DNA of 64,000 nucleotides from the human T2T-CHM13v2.0 reference genome, Homo sapiens, in the NCBI RefSeq assembly GCF_009914755.1, contig NC_060931.1; one strand, written 5' to 3'. The position numbers and the translations under genes were made by a program. The notes beneath the pieces were generated by a model, which was not told the DNA's origin, did no database searches, and saw only the letters and a program-made list of their open reading frames with translations. This document shows positions 1 to 14,092 of the stretch, piece by piece (the stretch's first letter is position 1; each line of letters begins with the position of its first letter).

Positions 1-1045
1 CATTTGGCTGATGGCATTTAGCTGGCTAGCCACCCCTTTGAGGATGTCCCGAGTATAATCGATGAATCTCTGTTGATTATAATAGATGTAGTTAATCTAG
101 TCCACATTCTTAATAGTTGACCACCAGAAGAGTGCTGACTTAAACCGAGCTGCTATTTGGTTTCGGGCCTTAAATTCATTAGGCACCCCCCCCCCCCCGG
201 AACTCCTATAGAGTTAACATATATATTGGGATCAAAAGATACGTCAAATCTCTCCGGTTTTGGTAGCCGTGTGTATTTTCGGGTATCTTATGGAATACCA
301 GGATGAAGGGAATGGCCAACTGGACTAAAGCACAAGTCCCAGTCCAATTGGACGGTAACAACTTATCATCCTTTTTTCCCACAGTACCACCAGACATCAG
401 CCGTGGTGTATGGAGAGCTGAGTAATTGCCATTGCCTGACTCAACCTGTGATGCTTAGGATGTGGGTACAAGTTGAGAGTTCTCCCATGGGCTTATTGAA
501 CTCTGCCCCCTGCCTGGAGAGGCAAGAGGAGTAGTTCATATTCCCTGTAGAGAATGAGGGGTTCTGACCTCTCTCCACAATGCGGGAAAGAGCAATGACA
601 GACTCTTACAAGTCTCATTTTCCCATGCATCCTTGTCTCGGTATAGAGCCAACATGCAACACATTACTTCAGGATCAGTATTCCATCCTAGGGGAAATGG
701 AACCACCCATGCCTGAGGTCCTCCCGCAGCACATGCATAGTAGTTACTCTTGTTGAGGGCTTGTACCAAAAATGTGACCCACTCAACCCAGGCATTCACA
801 TCCCCATACCCTCAGTTTTTAAGGTTTGCTTTACATCCTTTACCTCAATTATTTTTAGCCTTTTAGGATCATTATTTGGTGGACTAAAGTGTTTACTAGG
901 GCCTGGGCTTGGAGTAGTACCAGACACTTGGGGGGTTGAGTTTTTGATGAGTTTGAGAATAAATCGCCCTACAGGGTCTTTCCCTGTGATGTCTGCCCCT
1001 AACCCATATAACCAAGAGTCTTCCAGAACTGGGGCCAGCCCATGT
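1..1045 (-). pseudogene. ERV copy 1 env remnant with internal deletion
   Basis: Fragments 536-799 (SNYYACA) and 206-397 are homologous to copy 2 env. About 450 bp present in copy 2 is missing at ~1020. Confidence 0.8.
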
Positions 1046-1059
1046 TTTCTTTTTAGATT

Positions 1060-4000
1060 TTTCTCAGAGTTAACTTTAAGGGTTCCTTAGGTGACCCATG
1101 CACTTTCCACTGGTCTTTTCCCCTCCTTTCCAGGGTCTCCTTTACCAGTCCCTTGACTCGAGTATAGTGAGTCCACCTCATGCAGCTGTTCGCATGGCTG
1201 TCTCAGTGGTCAGGAGCACTTGATAGGGACCTTCCCAGCTTGGGTGGAGCTTGTCTTCTTTCCAAGTCTTAATCAGCACCAAGTTACCAGGCTGAAAGTG
1301 GTGAGCCATGAACTCAAGAGGTGAAGTTTGAGTTAGAAGTCGTTTTAACCTAAGGGATGACAGGGTGGAGTATATGGCCACTATATAATTTCTTTAAAAA
1401 TTGATCCTTGGTTTCCATAGCCGGAAGATCTGTAGCTCTGCGCAAATATAGGAGCCCATATAATGACTCGTAGAGGGGCAATCCCAAGTCTTTTATTGGT
1501 GCTTGTTCTAATCTAAGGAATGCTATTGGGGGACATTTGGTTCAAGGCATTTTAGTTTTTAAGATTAGTTTGGTGATATGCTTTGTGAGAGTTTGAGTCA
1601 TTCTTTCTACTTTCCAGAGGAAGGGAGATGCCAAGGGGTGAGATAATCCCATTTAATTTGTAAACCTTCCATAATTCACCTTAACACCCTTGAGGTAAAG
1701 TGGCTTCCATTGTCTGAATTAATATTTTCCATCAGTCCAAAGCTAGGTGAATCTGTTTTAATATTATTTTGACCACATTCCCAGCAGTGGCTGTTGGAAG
1801 GGGAAAGGCTTCTACCCAGCCTGAAAGGTAATCTACCATCACCAGTAAATACTTTAGTCTTCCTACTTTGGGCATTTCTGTGAAATCTACTTGAATGCTT
1901 TGAAGTGGTCTTACTCCGGAGGTCTTCCTGTTTTCTAATCACCTTTTTGTTTATCTTTTGACAAGTTAACACAATTTCCACATGCTTGTTTAGCAAGGGT
2001 ATAAATCCCTATACACCCATAATTCCTAAGTATTGTATCACACAAAGCCTGGGGTCCCCATTGACTCCATTTGTGTAATGTAGATACTAGTTTTCTCATT
2101 AGGGGTTTACTTATTTCAGGAAGTACCCATTTGCCATCTTCAGTCTGAGTGACCCCTGTCCTGTCTAATTCTTCCTCCTCCTCTCTGGTAAACTGGGGCC
2201 TTAATACTAGCTTAGGGATGTTTGGGAGCAGGCTACATAGTCTAATTTCTTCGTCCAGGGAGGCTTGCTTAGCAGCTTCATCTGCAAGCCTGTTTCCTGT
2301 AGCTTCTATAGTGTTCCCTTTCTGATGACCATTTACATGAACTATGGCTACCTCTGCTGGAAGGAGGAGGCTTTCTAAAACCTGTTTGACCAGTTCCCCA
2401 GGTACCAATTATTTTCCCCTGCTATTTATTAGACCCTGCTCTGTCCAGATTTTTTCAAAAGTGTGTTCCAACCCATTAAGCATATTTAGAATCAGTATAT
2501 ATAGTGCCTTCTTTGGCTTTAAGGAGCTTTATGGCCGGGTTAAGACCATATAATTTACAGATTTGGGCTGACCAGCCATTAGGTAATCTACCTTTCTCAC
2601 ATAGGGAGTGTTTATCTCCATCAGTGACAGCATTGCCATCTCTCGTTCGTCACAACTCATCCACAAAGAGCCTTATCCCATCATGTAGTGGAGCTTCCCT
2701 AAGGTTTGGTCCTACTTTGGTTTGTTATTCTATGATATCTAAGCAGTTCTGGTCTGATGTCTTTGATCTCCTCTCCTTTCCATAGGAAACTGGCTGCATT
2801 TAGGCAAATATTTGTTGTTACAAGCAAATAATTTTTTTTCTTAATAATATGGCTTCATATTTTATGAAGAACGTGTTCAAACTATCTCCCGGCTTTTGGT
2901 TTAATATATTCCTGACCTGGTGTGGAGCGCTTACTATTAGGGCCCCAACAAAGGTTAGCTTTCTACTCTCCTACCAGCAGGGCTGTGGCAGCACTGCTTG
3001 CACGTATTTGGGCCACCCCTGAGAGACAGGATCGAGAAGCTTGGAGGCAAAAGCAACAGATTCCCTCTTCCCTCCCCAGGTTTGAGTGAGCACCCCAAGG
3101 GTGATCCACTGTTACCAACAGATGGAATGGTTTCTCTAAAGATGAGAGGACCAGGACCGGGGCTGTAATGAGGGCCCGCTTTAGCTCTTTTACCACCTGA
3201 ATTTCCTTTGAGGACAATTGCAAGGGATTGGGTTCTTCTTTTAGTAACTTGATATATAGAGTCTTTGTCTTTTGATCATATGAGTCAATCCATAACCTAT
3301 AGTAGCCAGTTAAATCTAAAAATTTTTGGAGTTCTCTTTTTGTCTTAGGCAAAGGCAGACCCACTATTCCCAGTATTCTCTCTGGGTTTATTCTTCACAT
3401 CCCTTCACTAATCAGGTGTCCTAAATATTTAACTTCTTTTTCTGCAAACTGCAGTTTGTTCTTAGATACTCGCAATCCCCTTTCTCCTAGGAAATTAAGC
3501 TTGTGGTGGTTTCTGATACCTCGGTCCTCCTCTCCCCAGAAATTAAAAGATTATCTATGTATTGTAACAACTGGGTTCCCCTGGAAGGTTGAAATTCCTC
3601 CAGGACTTTTTCTAAGATTTGACCAAATACGTTTGGGGCTTCTGTGAAACCTTGTGGCAGCACAGTCCAGGGGTACTGTTGTTTTCTCCTAGTTATAGCA
3701 TCTTCCCATTCAAAGGCAAAGAGGTTCCCTAATCCTAAAGTCTAGGGGACATGCCCAGAATGCATCATTTGGATCCACCACATTGAACCACTTACGTTCA
3801 TAGGGTATCTTACTAAAGAGGGTGTAGTGTTTAGTCACCACAGGGTGGTAGGTCTGGACAGTTTGATTTATAGCCCTTAGATCTTGTAGCAATCTATACA
3901 ACCCATCAGGCTCTTTGGGAGAATTGGAGTATTGTAACATGCAGGGTTTTAATTGTCCATCGTTAATCAATCCCTCTATTACCAGTTGGAGACCTTTTCT

Positions 4001-4108
4001 CCCTTCAGTGGAAATGGGATATTGTTCTCTGCAAACTACTTCTGGTTGTTTTAGGTTAATCTGTAAGGGTGTGATTTTTAACCCTCTGTTGCCTTCCCTA
4101 ACCCTCAC
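1060..4108 (-). pseudogene. ERV copy 1 pol remnants (RT/RNaseH/IN)
   Basis: Fragments 3710-4108, 2963-3364, 1935-2408 (HVNGHQKG..GNRLADEAAK) and 1178-1381. Catalytic motif reads QYIDN at ~3550-3564. Confidence 0.9.
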
Positions 4109-5795
4109 AAGGGGATTTAATTTTTCTTTCCTCCTCCTCTGTCAGGAGGCCCATCATTACTTTTATTTGTCCTTCCTCTATTCCTAATCCTAAACCCAAT
4201 CTCACAATCAGGTCTCGACACAGGAGGTTAGTTCCTACTTCAGGAACAAGTGACGCCTCAATTTGTTTTGCTCCTGATGTAATTAAAATTTTCTTAAATA
4301 TTGGAACCTGAAATCCCTCCCCTTTTACCCCTGATACTTTCAATTTTTCCTTAGAGAGTTCTGTAGCCCTTGGTTGGTGAATTAGGGAGGAGTGAGCTGC
4401 CCCAGTATCAACCAAAAATGTCACTTCTCCCTCAGGTCCCACCTTCAAATTTATTAAGGGTTCCTGGTGGGATCTACTCAGAAGGTGCTCCTGCCCCCGA
4501 CTAGTCTTCATCAATAGTCATGAGGGGTATCACCTTTTCTTTTTTCCATTTAGGACATCCTCTCTTCAAATGCCCTGTCTTTCCACACTTGTAACATCCA
4601 CTCATAGTCTTAGGACCTTTTCCCTGCATTTCCCTTCTTTCTTTGTGTTGAAATCTATAATTCCCTTGTCTCCTAAGTGGGGGATCTTGATGTAAGTCTT
4701 TTCTGACTACCTCTTCCACAGTGGAAACCATGATTTTTGCTTTTTGTTTCTGCTTCTCTTCCTTTCTCCTTACAAAGACCCTCTGAGTTTGCCTCAGTAA
4801 ATCCTCAGTTGGTTTCTCTTTCCATCCATCAATCTTTTGTAATTTTTTGGTAATGTCAGGCCAGCTCTTAATTACAAAGTTAACCTTCAAAAGGCATTGC
4901 CCTACTGGGTCCTCTAGATCTAATCCGGAGCATTTTCTCATCTGATCTCTGAGCCTATATAGGAATGCAGAAGGAGTTTCCTCTTTTTCTTGTTGAATCG
5001 TGAATGTGTCCTATGTCCTACGAGTGGACTCCTTGATCCCTTTAATTATTAGTTCCTGGAGATCCTACATTTGGGCGCAGTCCCTGGGATCATTATTATC
5101 CCATTCAGGATTAACATTTGGAAATTTTTGTTTGGCTGGTGAGACTTCTTGCCTGGGAGGGTGTTGCCTCTCCCAGATGGTCATGTCCACTCTCCTGATC
5201 ATTCCCCTTTCTCTTCCTATGAATAGGATATTCTTGATGGACATCATTTCAGCCCAGGTGTAAGAGCTGTATCCTAGGAATTGGTCCAGATGGTCTGCTA
5301 AACCGAGTGGATCTTCTAGGAGTGGTTTCATTTTTTTCCTGAAATTCCTAATTTCAATACTTGCAAGAGGAGCATTTACAAAGCCAGTCTCTCCCTGTCC
5401 CATGGGAACTCCCCTAAGAGGGAACATGCTAGGTGCCTGCTGTGTGGAAGGAATAGGGAAGTTCTCAATATCCCTCTTACAGTGTTCTTTTCTTAAATTT
5501 GGATAAGGATTTAGAGGAGCAGTTGGTTTGGCTCCGCCATGGTGTCCAGGTCTTTCCTCCTCTAACCCTCCTGCTGCCCCTTGATTTTCCTGTCCCCTAT
5601 TTTGTGAGATGTATGGAGGGGCATGGATGATAGGGTCCCAGGGCTTTTCCCTGGGTGAGGGATTTTTACTAGGCTCTTTTTCTTCTTCTTTAAGTGGGAA
5701 TATGGGGCTAATTCCTTGATCCAGCAGAGAGCATAACCTGTCTCTTGTGAGGTTGGGGTTTTATTATTCACATAGAGAATTAAAGCTTGGCACAC
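4098..5795 (-). pseudogene. ERV copy 1 gag-pro remnants
   Basis: ORF fragments 5065-5427 (capsid-like), 4501-4941 (CX2CX4HX4C zinc knuckle) and 4098-4514 (aspartic protease DTGA). Confidence 0.9.
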
Positions 5796-6358
5796 CTAAT
5801 TTTTATCTGAGCCAAACTTAGGCCATAGGACTATGCTGGTAAATGTCAGAGGGAGTCTCTTTGGCTCCCTCTTTCCCTTGTCCCCTAGGCCTAGAATTTC
5901 TGTTTCCCATTTTTGGTCAGTCTGTGTCTGAGCTTTTCCCTGTGTTCTCAGCACCCCCTACTGGAGGTTTCTTGCACACCCATGGAATCACTTCATCCAT
6001 TCTCTGGCCATTCTTTGTCCATTCTCCTCACGGGAGAACGGAACCATGGATTGGGACTCTGCACTTGCTTCATATCTAGGGTACATCTCAGTCACACACA
6101 CTCAACCTCTGAAAATGCCCAACCACCAAGACAGTACTTACAGTCCAATTTTCCTCCCTTGGCTTCTGCACGAGGTTGCCTGGTTGCTGCAGTGCCTGCT
6201 TTTCTCCCTGTGTCGCCTCTGCTGCCTCCTGAATAACAGTCTCAGGTTTGTCTGTGGCTTCTGTGGGGAGCCAGGATGCCCGGACAGAGTGGGCCACCCA
6301 AATCGGGTGGGACACCTCTGCCCTCTCGGCTGGAGTCCCACTCCATGCAGGCACAGAG

Positions 6359-6376
6359 ATCCCAGACAGGCCCCCA
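6359..6376 (-). promoter_or_regulatory. Primer binding site, tRNA-Pro-like (copy 1)
   Basis: Minus strand TGGGGGCCTGTCTGGGAT versus PBS-Pro TGGGGGCTCGTCCGGGAT (3 mismatches), just downstream of the LTR end. Confidence 0.75.
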
Positions 6377-6380
6377 GGTT

Positions 6381-6539
6381 TGTGAGAAACACAGATTCAC
6401 CTGTCCAAACCCAAAGAATGGACTTGGAGACACAAACAATGGAAGCGAGACTTTTAATGGTGGTCTTGCAAGATGGAGTGTCTGGTAGGCAGGCACACCC
6501 GGGGCAGTTACAGCAGGTAATTTATTTCCTAGCATCCAA
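6381..6539 (-). mobile_element. Truncated 5' LTR of ERV copy 1 (U5/R side only)
   Basis: TGTGAGAAACACA..CTAGCAT matches the first ~160 nt of the LTRs at 45462 and 54036, then stops. Confidence 0.85.
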
Positions 6540-6541
6540 AT

Positions 6542-6771
6542 CTCACTGCAACCTCCACCCCGCCTGGTTCAAGCGATTCTCCTGCCTCAGCCTCCCAAGT
6601 AGCTGGGATTACAGGCGTGCATCACCACGCCCAGCTACTTTTTTTGTATTTTTAGTAGAGACAGGGTTTCACCATGTTGGCCAGGCTGGTCTCAAACTCC
6701 TGACCTCAGGGTCCACCCACCTCAGCCTCCTAAAGTGCTGGGATTACAGGTGTGAGCCACCGCGCCCAGCC
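6542..6771 (-). mobile_element. Alu (AluS-like) lacking its 3' end and A tail
   Basis: CTCACTGCAACCTCC..GTGAGCCACCGCGCCCAGCC; no poly-T tract or TSD at the left junction. Confidence 0.9.
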
Positions 6772-6952
6772 TAAATACAGTTTGTTTGTTTTTTTAAGTA
6801 GGCCACTGCCTCCACCTTTGTACAGAGAAATCCCAGGTTCCTCCTGTCAGAACCTAGCTAGACCCTGGAATAAGATACCAAGACCAGGCTTGCCAACTGT
6901 GGCTTGGCATAGAGTTTGTGTTTGACCTGGGGTCAGGGCCTTGTCTACACAC

Positions 6953-7032
6953 TTTTTTTTTTTTTTTTTTTTTTTGAGACAAGGCCGTGCTCTGTCATCC
7001 AGGCTAGAGTGCAGTGGCTCACTGTAGCCTCA
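6953..7032 (-). mobile_element. Alu/FLAM 3' fragment
   Basis: Long T tract then GAGACAAGG..GAGTGCAGTGGCTCACTGTAGCCTC. Confidence 0.75.
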
Positions 7033-7960
7033 ACATTTGCATTACATGTTGATTTATATAATTAATGGATGGTGTTGCTTATTATCGATTGATTGTGAAT
7101 CTGGCCACGACAAATTTATTCTAATTGTTTATTTTCTCAGATTATTTATGTAAATAGTAATAACTGTAAATAATAATCTATTTCAATTTTTTTCTTCCAG
7201 TGATTGTACCTCAGTTCATTTTACTGTCTTATATGTTGGCTTCGTCAGAATGTTTCATATTATGTTGAAAATAGTAATGATATATATAATAGCATTCTTA
7301 TCTTGTTCCTGATGTATAAAGTAATAGTTCAGAAGTTTCTCCATTAATTATATGTAGGGGTATAGCAGGTAAAAGAAATAAATTTTTATTCCTGGTTTGC
7401 CAAGAGCTCTTATCAAAATGTGTTAAATTTTATCACACTGTTTTTATGCTTCTGTTGACCTTTTTTTTCTCTCCTTTAACTTTATGGAATCTTAAGTCAT
7501 ACAAAGTATTTTATTTTTGTGTAGTCAGATTTGTCTATTCTCTCTTTTATAGTTTCTAAATAACCTGTTGTACTTTTTAAAGTACCTTCAAACTCTAGGT
7601 TATAGAAATATTTTCCTTTTTTTTTAATACTTGGTTTTAAATCTTTGTAGCATGTATCTTGGTGTGTGGTATGACATGGAGGTGCATCTTCTTTGTGTTA
7701 CTTCAGATGGATGTTTAATACAATATTGTATTGAGTGCAGTGCTCCTGTAAGTTTTAATATTTGTTTGTAACAATAATAAGGAAGACTAATGGTTTTTTC
7801 AAAGTTTACTCAAAAGTAAAAGCACACACGTAAAGAAAAAGAGAATGTAAAGAAAAAGAGAGAATATCTGACGTGGACCAACTTGAGCCTATAGATTTTT
7901 TTTATTGGTAAGTCAAAAGCAGGGCCAAGAAAAGAAATTATCCAAATTGAATTTTCTCAT

Positions 7961-8328
7961 TATATTAGTCTGTTTTCATGCTGCTGATAAAGACATACCT
8001 AGACTGGGCAATTTACAAAAGAAAGAGGTTTAATTGGACTTACAGTTCCACATGGCTGGGGAGGCCTCACAATCATGGTGGAGGGCAAAGAGGAGCAAAT
8101 CACATCTCGTGTGGATGGTGGCAGGCAAAGAGAGAATAAGGAAGACACAAAAGCAGAAATCCCTGATAAAACTATCGTATCTTGTGAGGCTTATTCTCAA
8201 GAACAGTATGGGGAACCCACCCCCATTATTCAGTTATCTCCCACTGGGTCCCTCCCACAACATGTGGGAATTATGGGAGCACAATTCAAGATGAGATTTG
8301 GATGAGGACACAGAGCCAAACCCTATCA
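7961..8328 (-). mobile_element. THE1-type MaLR solo LTR
   Basis: TATTAGTCTGTTTTCATGCTGCTGATAAAGACATACC..CAGAGCCAAACCCTATCA; 5-bp TSD CTCAT/CTTAT. Confidence 0.88.
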
Positions 8329-9166
8329 CTTATTACCCAAGTTTTATCAGACTGGGAAAACAACATTTCAGTCCCTTAAGTAACAATTTTAGAGGGAAGA
8401 TCTACGGCTAACAGTTATTCATTGTGCACATCAGGATAAACCAGTTAACCAAATTTTGATATGCCTCATTTATTATACACAAAAACAAAAAGGCCTTTTT
8501 GTTTTTAGTTAACATTAAACTAGCTTTTATTCCAAAACAAAGAAGTCGGTCCAGTAAAACTATCTTATATTTTGAAGAAAACATATTTAAGAATTGCTTT
8601 GGACAACAGAAACTGTTATCTTATGAAACCTAAAAACTTTATTAAATTCTGAATGTAGCATGTGCCTGCCTCCCATTTTTGCCTTGTAAAGAACTCAGTA
8701 TGCTATTAAATTATTAACTTAGTTTATTTGAAATAGTTCCAAGATATTTCATGCCTCCAAGATTAAAACTAAAACCCAGGTTAGCAGTTTTGAAGAAGAG
8801 TGGACATGAGCCTTGAACATTATATATATTTGTTACATCTGATAGAGATATTTTAAATTGTCTGCTAAAAACCCTCTTGCTTTGTAGATGGGAAAACTGA
8901 GAGTTCCAGTGGCTATTTACTTGCTCCAGCTTTTATTTCCAGTTCATAGCAGAAGCAGGACTTAAACTTCAGGTCTTTTCGTCTCAATCACATGGTCTTT
9001 CTCTTTGCATTGTGTATTTGATAACGTTTTTAAATAAAACAAAGCATTTTGCAACTAGTGAAACTGTACAAAAAGTCATATAATGTGACCAGAAGGGAGA
9101 TTATTAAAAATTATAATTTCACTTAAGCAAAATGTGTATAACGCCATTTACTGTTTTTCTATGTAG

Positions 9167-9414
9167 GTGAAAAGAGATTTGAATGCCCGGAATGTTCTAA
9201 AAGGTTTATGCGGAGTGATCATCTCTCCAAACATGTCAAAACGCACCAGAATAAAAAAGGTGGTGGGACAGCTCTTGCCATTGTTACCTCGGGAGAACTG
9301 GACTCATCTGTTACAGAGGTGCTTGGCTCCCCAAGAATTGTCACAGTTGCAGCCATTTCTCAAGATTCGAATCCAGCAACTCCCAATGTTTCAACCAACA
9401 TGGAAGAATTCTGA
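9167..9414 (+). CDS. SP4: SP4 transcription factor, last coding exon (third C2H2 zinc finger and C-terminus)
   Basis: Acceptor tttttctatgtag at 9165-9166. Translation (G)[52 protein letters not shown]; Sp-family finger 3 with the SP4-specific tail. Confidence 0.96.
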
Positions 9415-10650
9415 AAAGTTATTTATAACAGAGACCTCTAGTGCTGCACTTGTTTACACACCTTTGAAAATCTGGAAATGGGCTGGTCAAGTGGATTACA
9501 GAGTAGGAAATTATGTTTTCATTCTTGGCTTCTTTAAGTATTCCAGGGTTTGGGGTCAACACGTGAAGTGTTGAATTTTAAAAAATACAAAAAGCAGACT
9601 GATGTACTGGAAACAGAAAAGTATTTCCTCCATACTATAAGTTGTAGTTGTTTGGAAATATATCACATAACCTTTATACAGAATCTTCCCATCTCTTAAT
9701 ATCATGTGTTAACATGTTTAAAAAGACCTTAGTAGTTTGCAGGCTGGACCTTAATTGGACTTATTTTCTTTGAAAGTACTTTGTTATAAATTCAGTCAGT
9801 AATAATTTACGTGTATTCTTTTTCTCTATAGCACAGAAAACAGATAGTTAACTGATGATAGGGATAATACTGTATTTCCTTAGCTTGATTTTTGGAAAAT
9901 CAACCGAAAATAGTTTGGCCGTCTTTTCTAAATGTTAGAAATTCTTCAACAGTTGAATTAGGTAAGTTCCAAAACAGTAATCTGAGATGCATCTCAGATC
10001 TTTATTACCACTACATTATAGTAGTGTGTATGCAGACAATCAGTGAAGTCCAATTACTTTCTCCATTTGGAGACACAAGAGGAACATAGAGTTAAATCTT
10101 AGGTTAAATTTTAGGTTGACACCTTAGGAAAATGCTGGGAAAAAAATGGTTAAAACAAAACTCATCATAGCTTCAGAAAAATAAAATGAGGCATCTTAAC
10201 ATGCAATGTTCTAAAGTTAGGATTGATTATATTCCTAACCCTAGGTTGAACCACAAAATTTCATTTAAAATGTTTATATTTGGAAATATTTGCATAGAGT
10301 GTAAATTGTTCTGTAGTTTCATATTTTGTAAATATGAGTTATGTTGACAATGTGCAGAATTCTTTATGCTTTGATGTGGTAGCCAAAGAAAGAATTACAC
10401 TTTTTTCCAAGGCCAGCAGAAAATTCTCTTTTAACTACATTGTAATTCTTGTTTTCCTCTACTAAAAATTGGCCAGTCCCATTTTATTTCTAGTGCTATG
10501 TAAGAGGGTAATTAGGAATTATAACACAGTAATGTTTTTATGTTACATCAATAACTGAATTTTCCCTAAAAATTAGCCTAATATATAATAGATATATTAT
10601 GAAGCAAAACTTTTATTTTTGAAAAGGCAGAATAATTTTCAGTGAAGTAA

Positions 10651-11065
<415 letters not shown>

Positions 11066-12833
11066 TAAACCAGTAACTTAAATATTAATAAGGATATTTT
11101 ATGTTTTAAAAAAGTATTTACACAGAATCATAATCAGTGAAATTGACCATTTGAAAACTAAAAGTTTTTACCTACCTGCTCAATTTATTAACATCATTGC
11201 TTTGGGGACTGTTTGAATATAGGTACGTGTTTTCTTGTGCATTCTCTATAATTTCAGGAAAAGTACTAATGCGAATTCTCTTCCAAAATTGTGATGTTTC
11301 TTGTATTTTTGATGAAGGAGAAATACTGTAATGATCACTGTTTACACTATGTACACTTTAGGCCAGCCCTTTGTAGCGTTATATAAAACTGAAGGTCTTT
11401 TGTGCTTTCAGTTTGTATAAAAAAGCTTTGAGATTAAAGGAAAAAAAAAATTTTTACACTGTGGTTATAAATTTCAAGTTTCTTAAAGCTTTTGTAGACT
11501 TGTAACAGAGTCTTTAAATTTAAGTTGGATTTTGTAAATTGTTTTGTATATTTTATTTAATGTACTCTTAACAACTGATGTATCTGGCTTTAAAACATCA
11601 GAATTGGTTTGTTGTTTTGTTTGGTACAGAGGAGCATTTGGTAGTGTTCATTTTAATTTTATTATATAGGAGCTGAAACATCAAATATATATTTTATCTA
11701 TCATTATGCTACACAATCAGTGCTATAAATTTTTTTATGCAAAGAAACTTTCTTAATGTTTTAATCATGTTTCCTCAGAGTGACACTTTTTGTTGTTGTT
11801 AATACCAAGTATGAACACTCTGCATCATTATTCCATGAACCAGTTCTAATGCAAACCTATGTATGTCCATTAGAAATGGAAGTTATTTTTTAATCAACAA
11901 TGAGGCCTATTATAAATTTATCAGATGAATCTAGATAGCTTTATAGCATATAAAATATGTTAATTTGTGTTAGCAGGTGCACATTTCACCACTGAAATTA
12001 GAAATATTTTGACAGTCTGTTCTGCATACCATTCTGAGTCTACTTTTCTGTCTTTAGAAGAATCGTAAATTTCAGTGTCCTTTATTTGACTCAGTGGGAT
12101 ATAGCTGTTATAAGTAATAGGGCACAGATGTGCAGTAGAGTCTTGTTTAATGGCATTTCACTGTTCATTCCCTTTACCACCGTTATAAAACTTTTCTTTA
12201 TTGTAATTATCAGTGCAAAGCTATGTATTTATCATGGTAAAACTCCAGTGTTAGAATAGTTTTTTCTTACAGTATACTTTCTTTGGTTAGGTTTGTGTAT
12301 GTGTTGCTGATTACATTAGAACTTGATGTTAAGTCATTTATCACACTCTCATGAGAGCAGTAATAAAAGTGTGTAATCTAGGAGAAAAAGTTAATTTGTC
12401 AAACTTAGATAAGCATGATGTTTAGGTCCTATTTTTCAATTTTATAACTGTTTTATTGCAACAATATTTGTATTTAAGTCTCCATTTTAATGCCTTGTGG
12501 TGTTTTTTTATGCATGTCACTAAGTTGTCATCCCACATAAATTGATGTGCAGCATAGGGTATTAAATCTACATAATGATTTTAAAACAGAAATAGTTGAT
12601 GGTAAAATGTAAATGTTTTGCAAAAATTCCTTATAAAAAGTTTTGTAGTAACATTTCACTTGTAAATTTTTTTTGTAAAAAAAAAAAAATGAAAAAAAAA
12701 GATGAATCCAGAAAAAAACCTGTTTCCCATATTCTAGAATTTAGACAATTATTCTGCCAGCAAAGCCTCTGGGGCTGTAATTGACATTTTTACAGTGCTG
12801 ATTTGTATAAAATTTGTTTTTTGTGGATTTGGA

Positions 12834-12947
12834 AATAAAATCATGTACAAGTTGTTGCCTGCAATAACAATTGCAAGTAACCTATTAAAAATTCCCTTGA
12901 GTTTAACATGTTTCATTTAATTATGTATACTATAAAGCAGCAATAAA
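12834..12947 (+). terminator. SP4 polyadenylation signals
   Basis: AATAAA at 12834-12839 and 12942-12947 at the end of the U-rich block. More proximal AATAAA at ~10180 and 12362. Confidence 0.7.
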
Positions 12948-13785
12948 TTATTTGAACTATCAACCTACTTATCATGAACACTGGAGAGTTAAATGCTTCT
13001 CACTGGAGAACACATTGGCCACCGTTCGTAATTCCTCGTATTGAGATCTGGTCACCATTTCTCTGAACATACCGCCAAAGAACTCCAATTCAAATTGCAT
13101 GTTAATTTGTAGCCATTGCTCTAGACATTTATGGAAATTAAAATTTGATTTAGAGACACTTTTTACTTAAATATTTTAAGCAATCAATGTTAGGAAATTA
13201 TAGGAAGACCTGAAAACGAAAAACATAATTAAAATATTATTTAAGCTCACAGAATCACTGAGAAGCAATATAGGCCACATAGATGCCACAAAGACTACAA
13301 GCAGAAACTGTCTTCCTCCTGGGAGAGCCCTGCAAATCTCATGAAGACCTTTAGTAACATAATGAATACATTATTGTAACAACTTCAGCTAACACATTTC
13401 CAGACTCACACCAGATATAGACATAGCAAAGCGAGGGTTTGGCCCAGGGTGGCGGAGGTAGGATGTTAGGCAGCAAGAGAAGTACGCTGGCCCACTGACA
13501 GAAGACTCCAAAGACTCTAGGTTTTAGGTAGTAAGCAGGGGCTACAAGGTGTTTGGACAGAGAACCTTGTACAGCAAGGTCCTAAAGGCATAGTTGTGTT
13601 ACAACTTTGTAAAATAATGTGTTCATAACACTGACTGAATCAAAGAATTTATGCTACTCTGTCAAATAAGACAGTAAGGAATTGTCAAAGGATGTTTTCT
13701 ATCCAAAGTAAAGATACACTTCAATTACCTGAAAAATTCGCATTAGAAAGCATCAGGATGATATCGTATAAAAGGGGATAATGCA

Positions 13786-14092
<307 letters not shown>

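Larger units (their letters stand above)
1..6539 (-). mobile_element. Decayed class I endogenous retrovirus, copy 1 (HERV-IP/ADP group, HERVP71A/HERVIP10-like); runs off the left edge; antisense in the last SP4 intron
   Basis: Minus-strand order is LTR, PBS, gag (FPLRGVPMG..PLLEDPLGL; CCHC knuckle CYKCGKTGHLKRGC), protease (FLVDTGA), RT (QDLRAINQ, LPQGF), RNaseH, integrase (WEGPYQVLLTT), env (NWTGTCALVQL). All frames are broken. Colinear with copy 2 at 45462-54494. Confidence 0.9.

Noticed and set aside
6046-6774. 242-aa + strand ORF
   Set aside because: It runs antisense through the ERV leader, LTR and an Alu; a chance composite with no protein features.
9167-9574. 135-aa alternative-frame ORF over the SP4 exon
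   Set aside because: It starts at the GTG of the splice junction; the zinc-finger frame explains the exon.
12660-12720. A-rich run resembling a poly(A) tail or retrocopy end
   Set aside because: No TSD or upstream element. It is genomic UTR sequence and a likely internal-priming artefact in 3'-end data.
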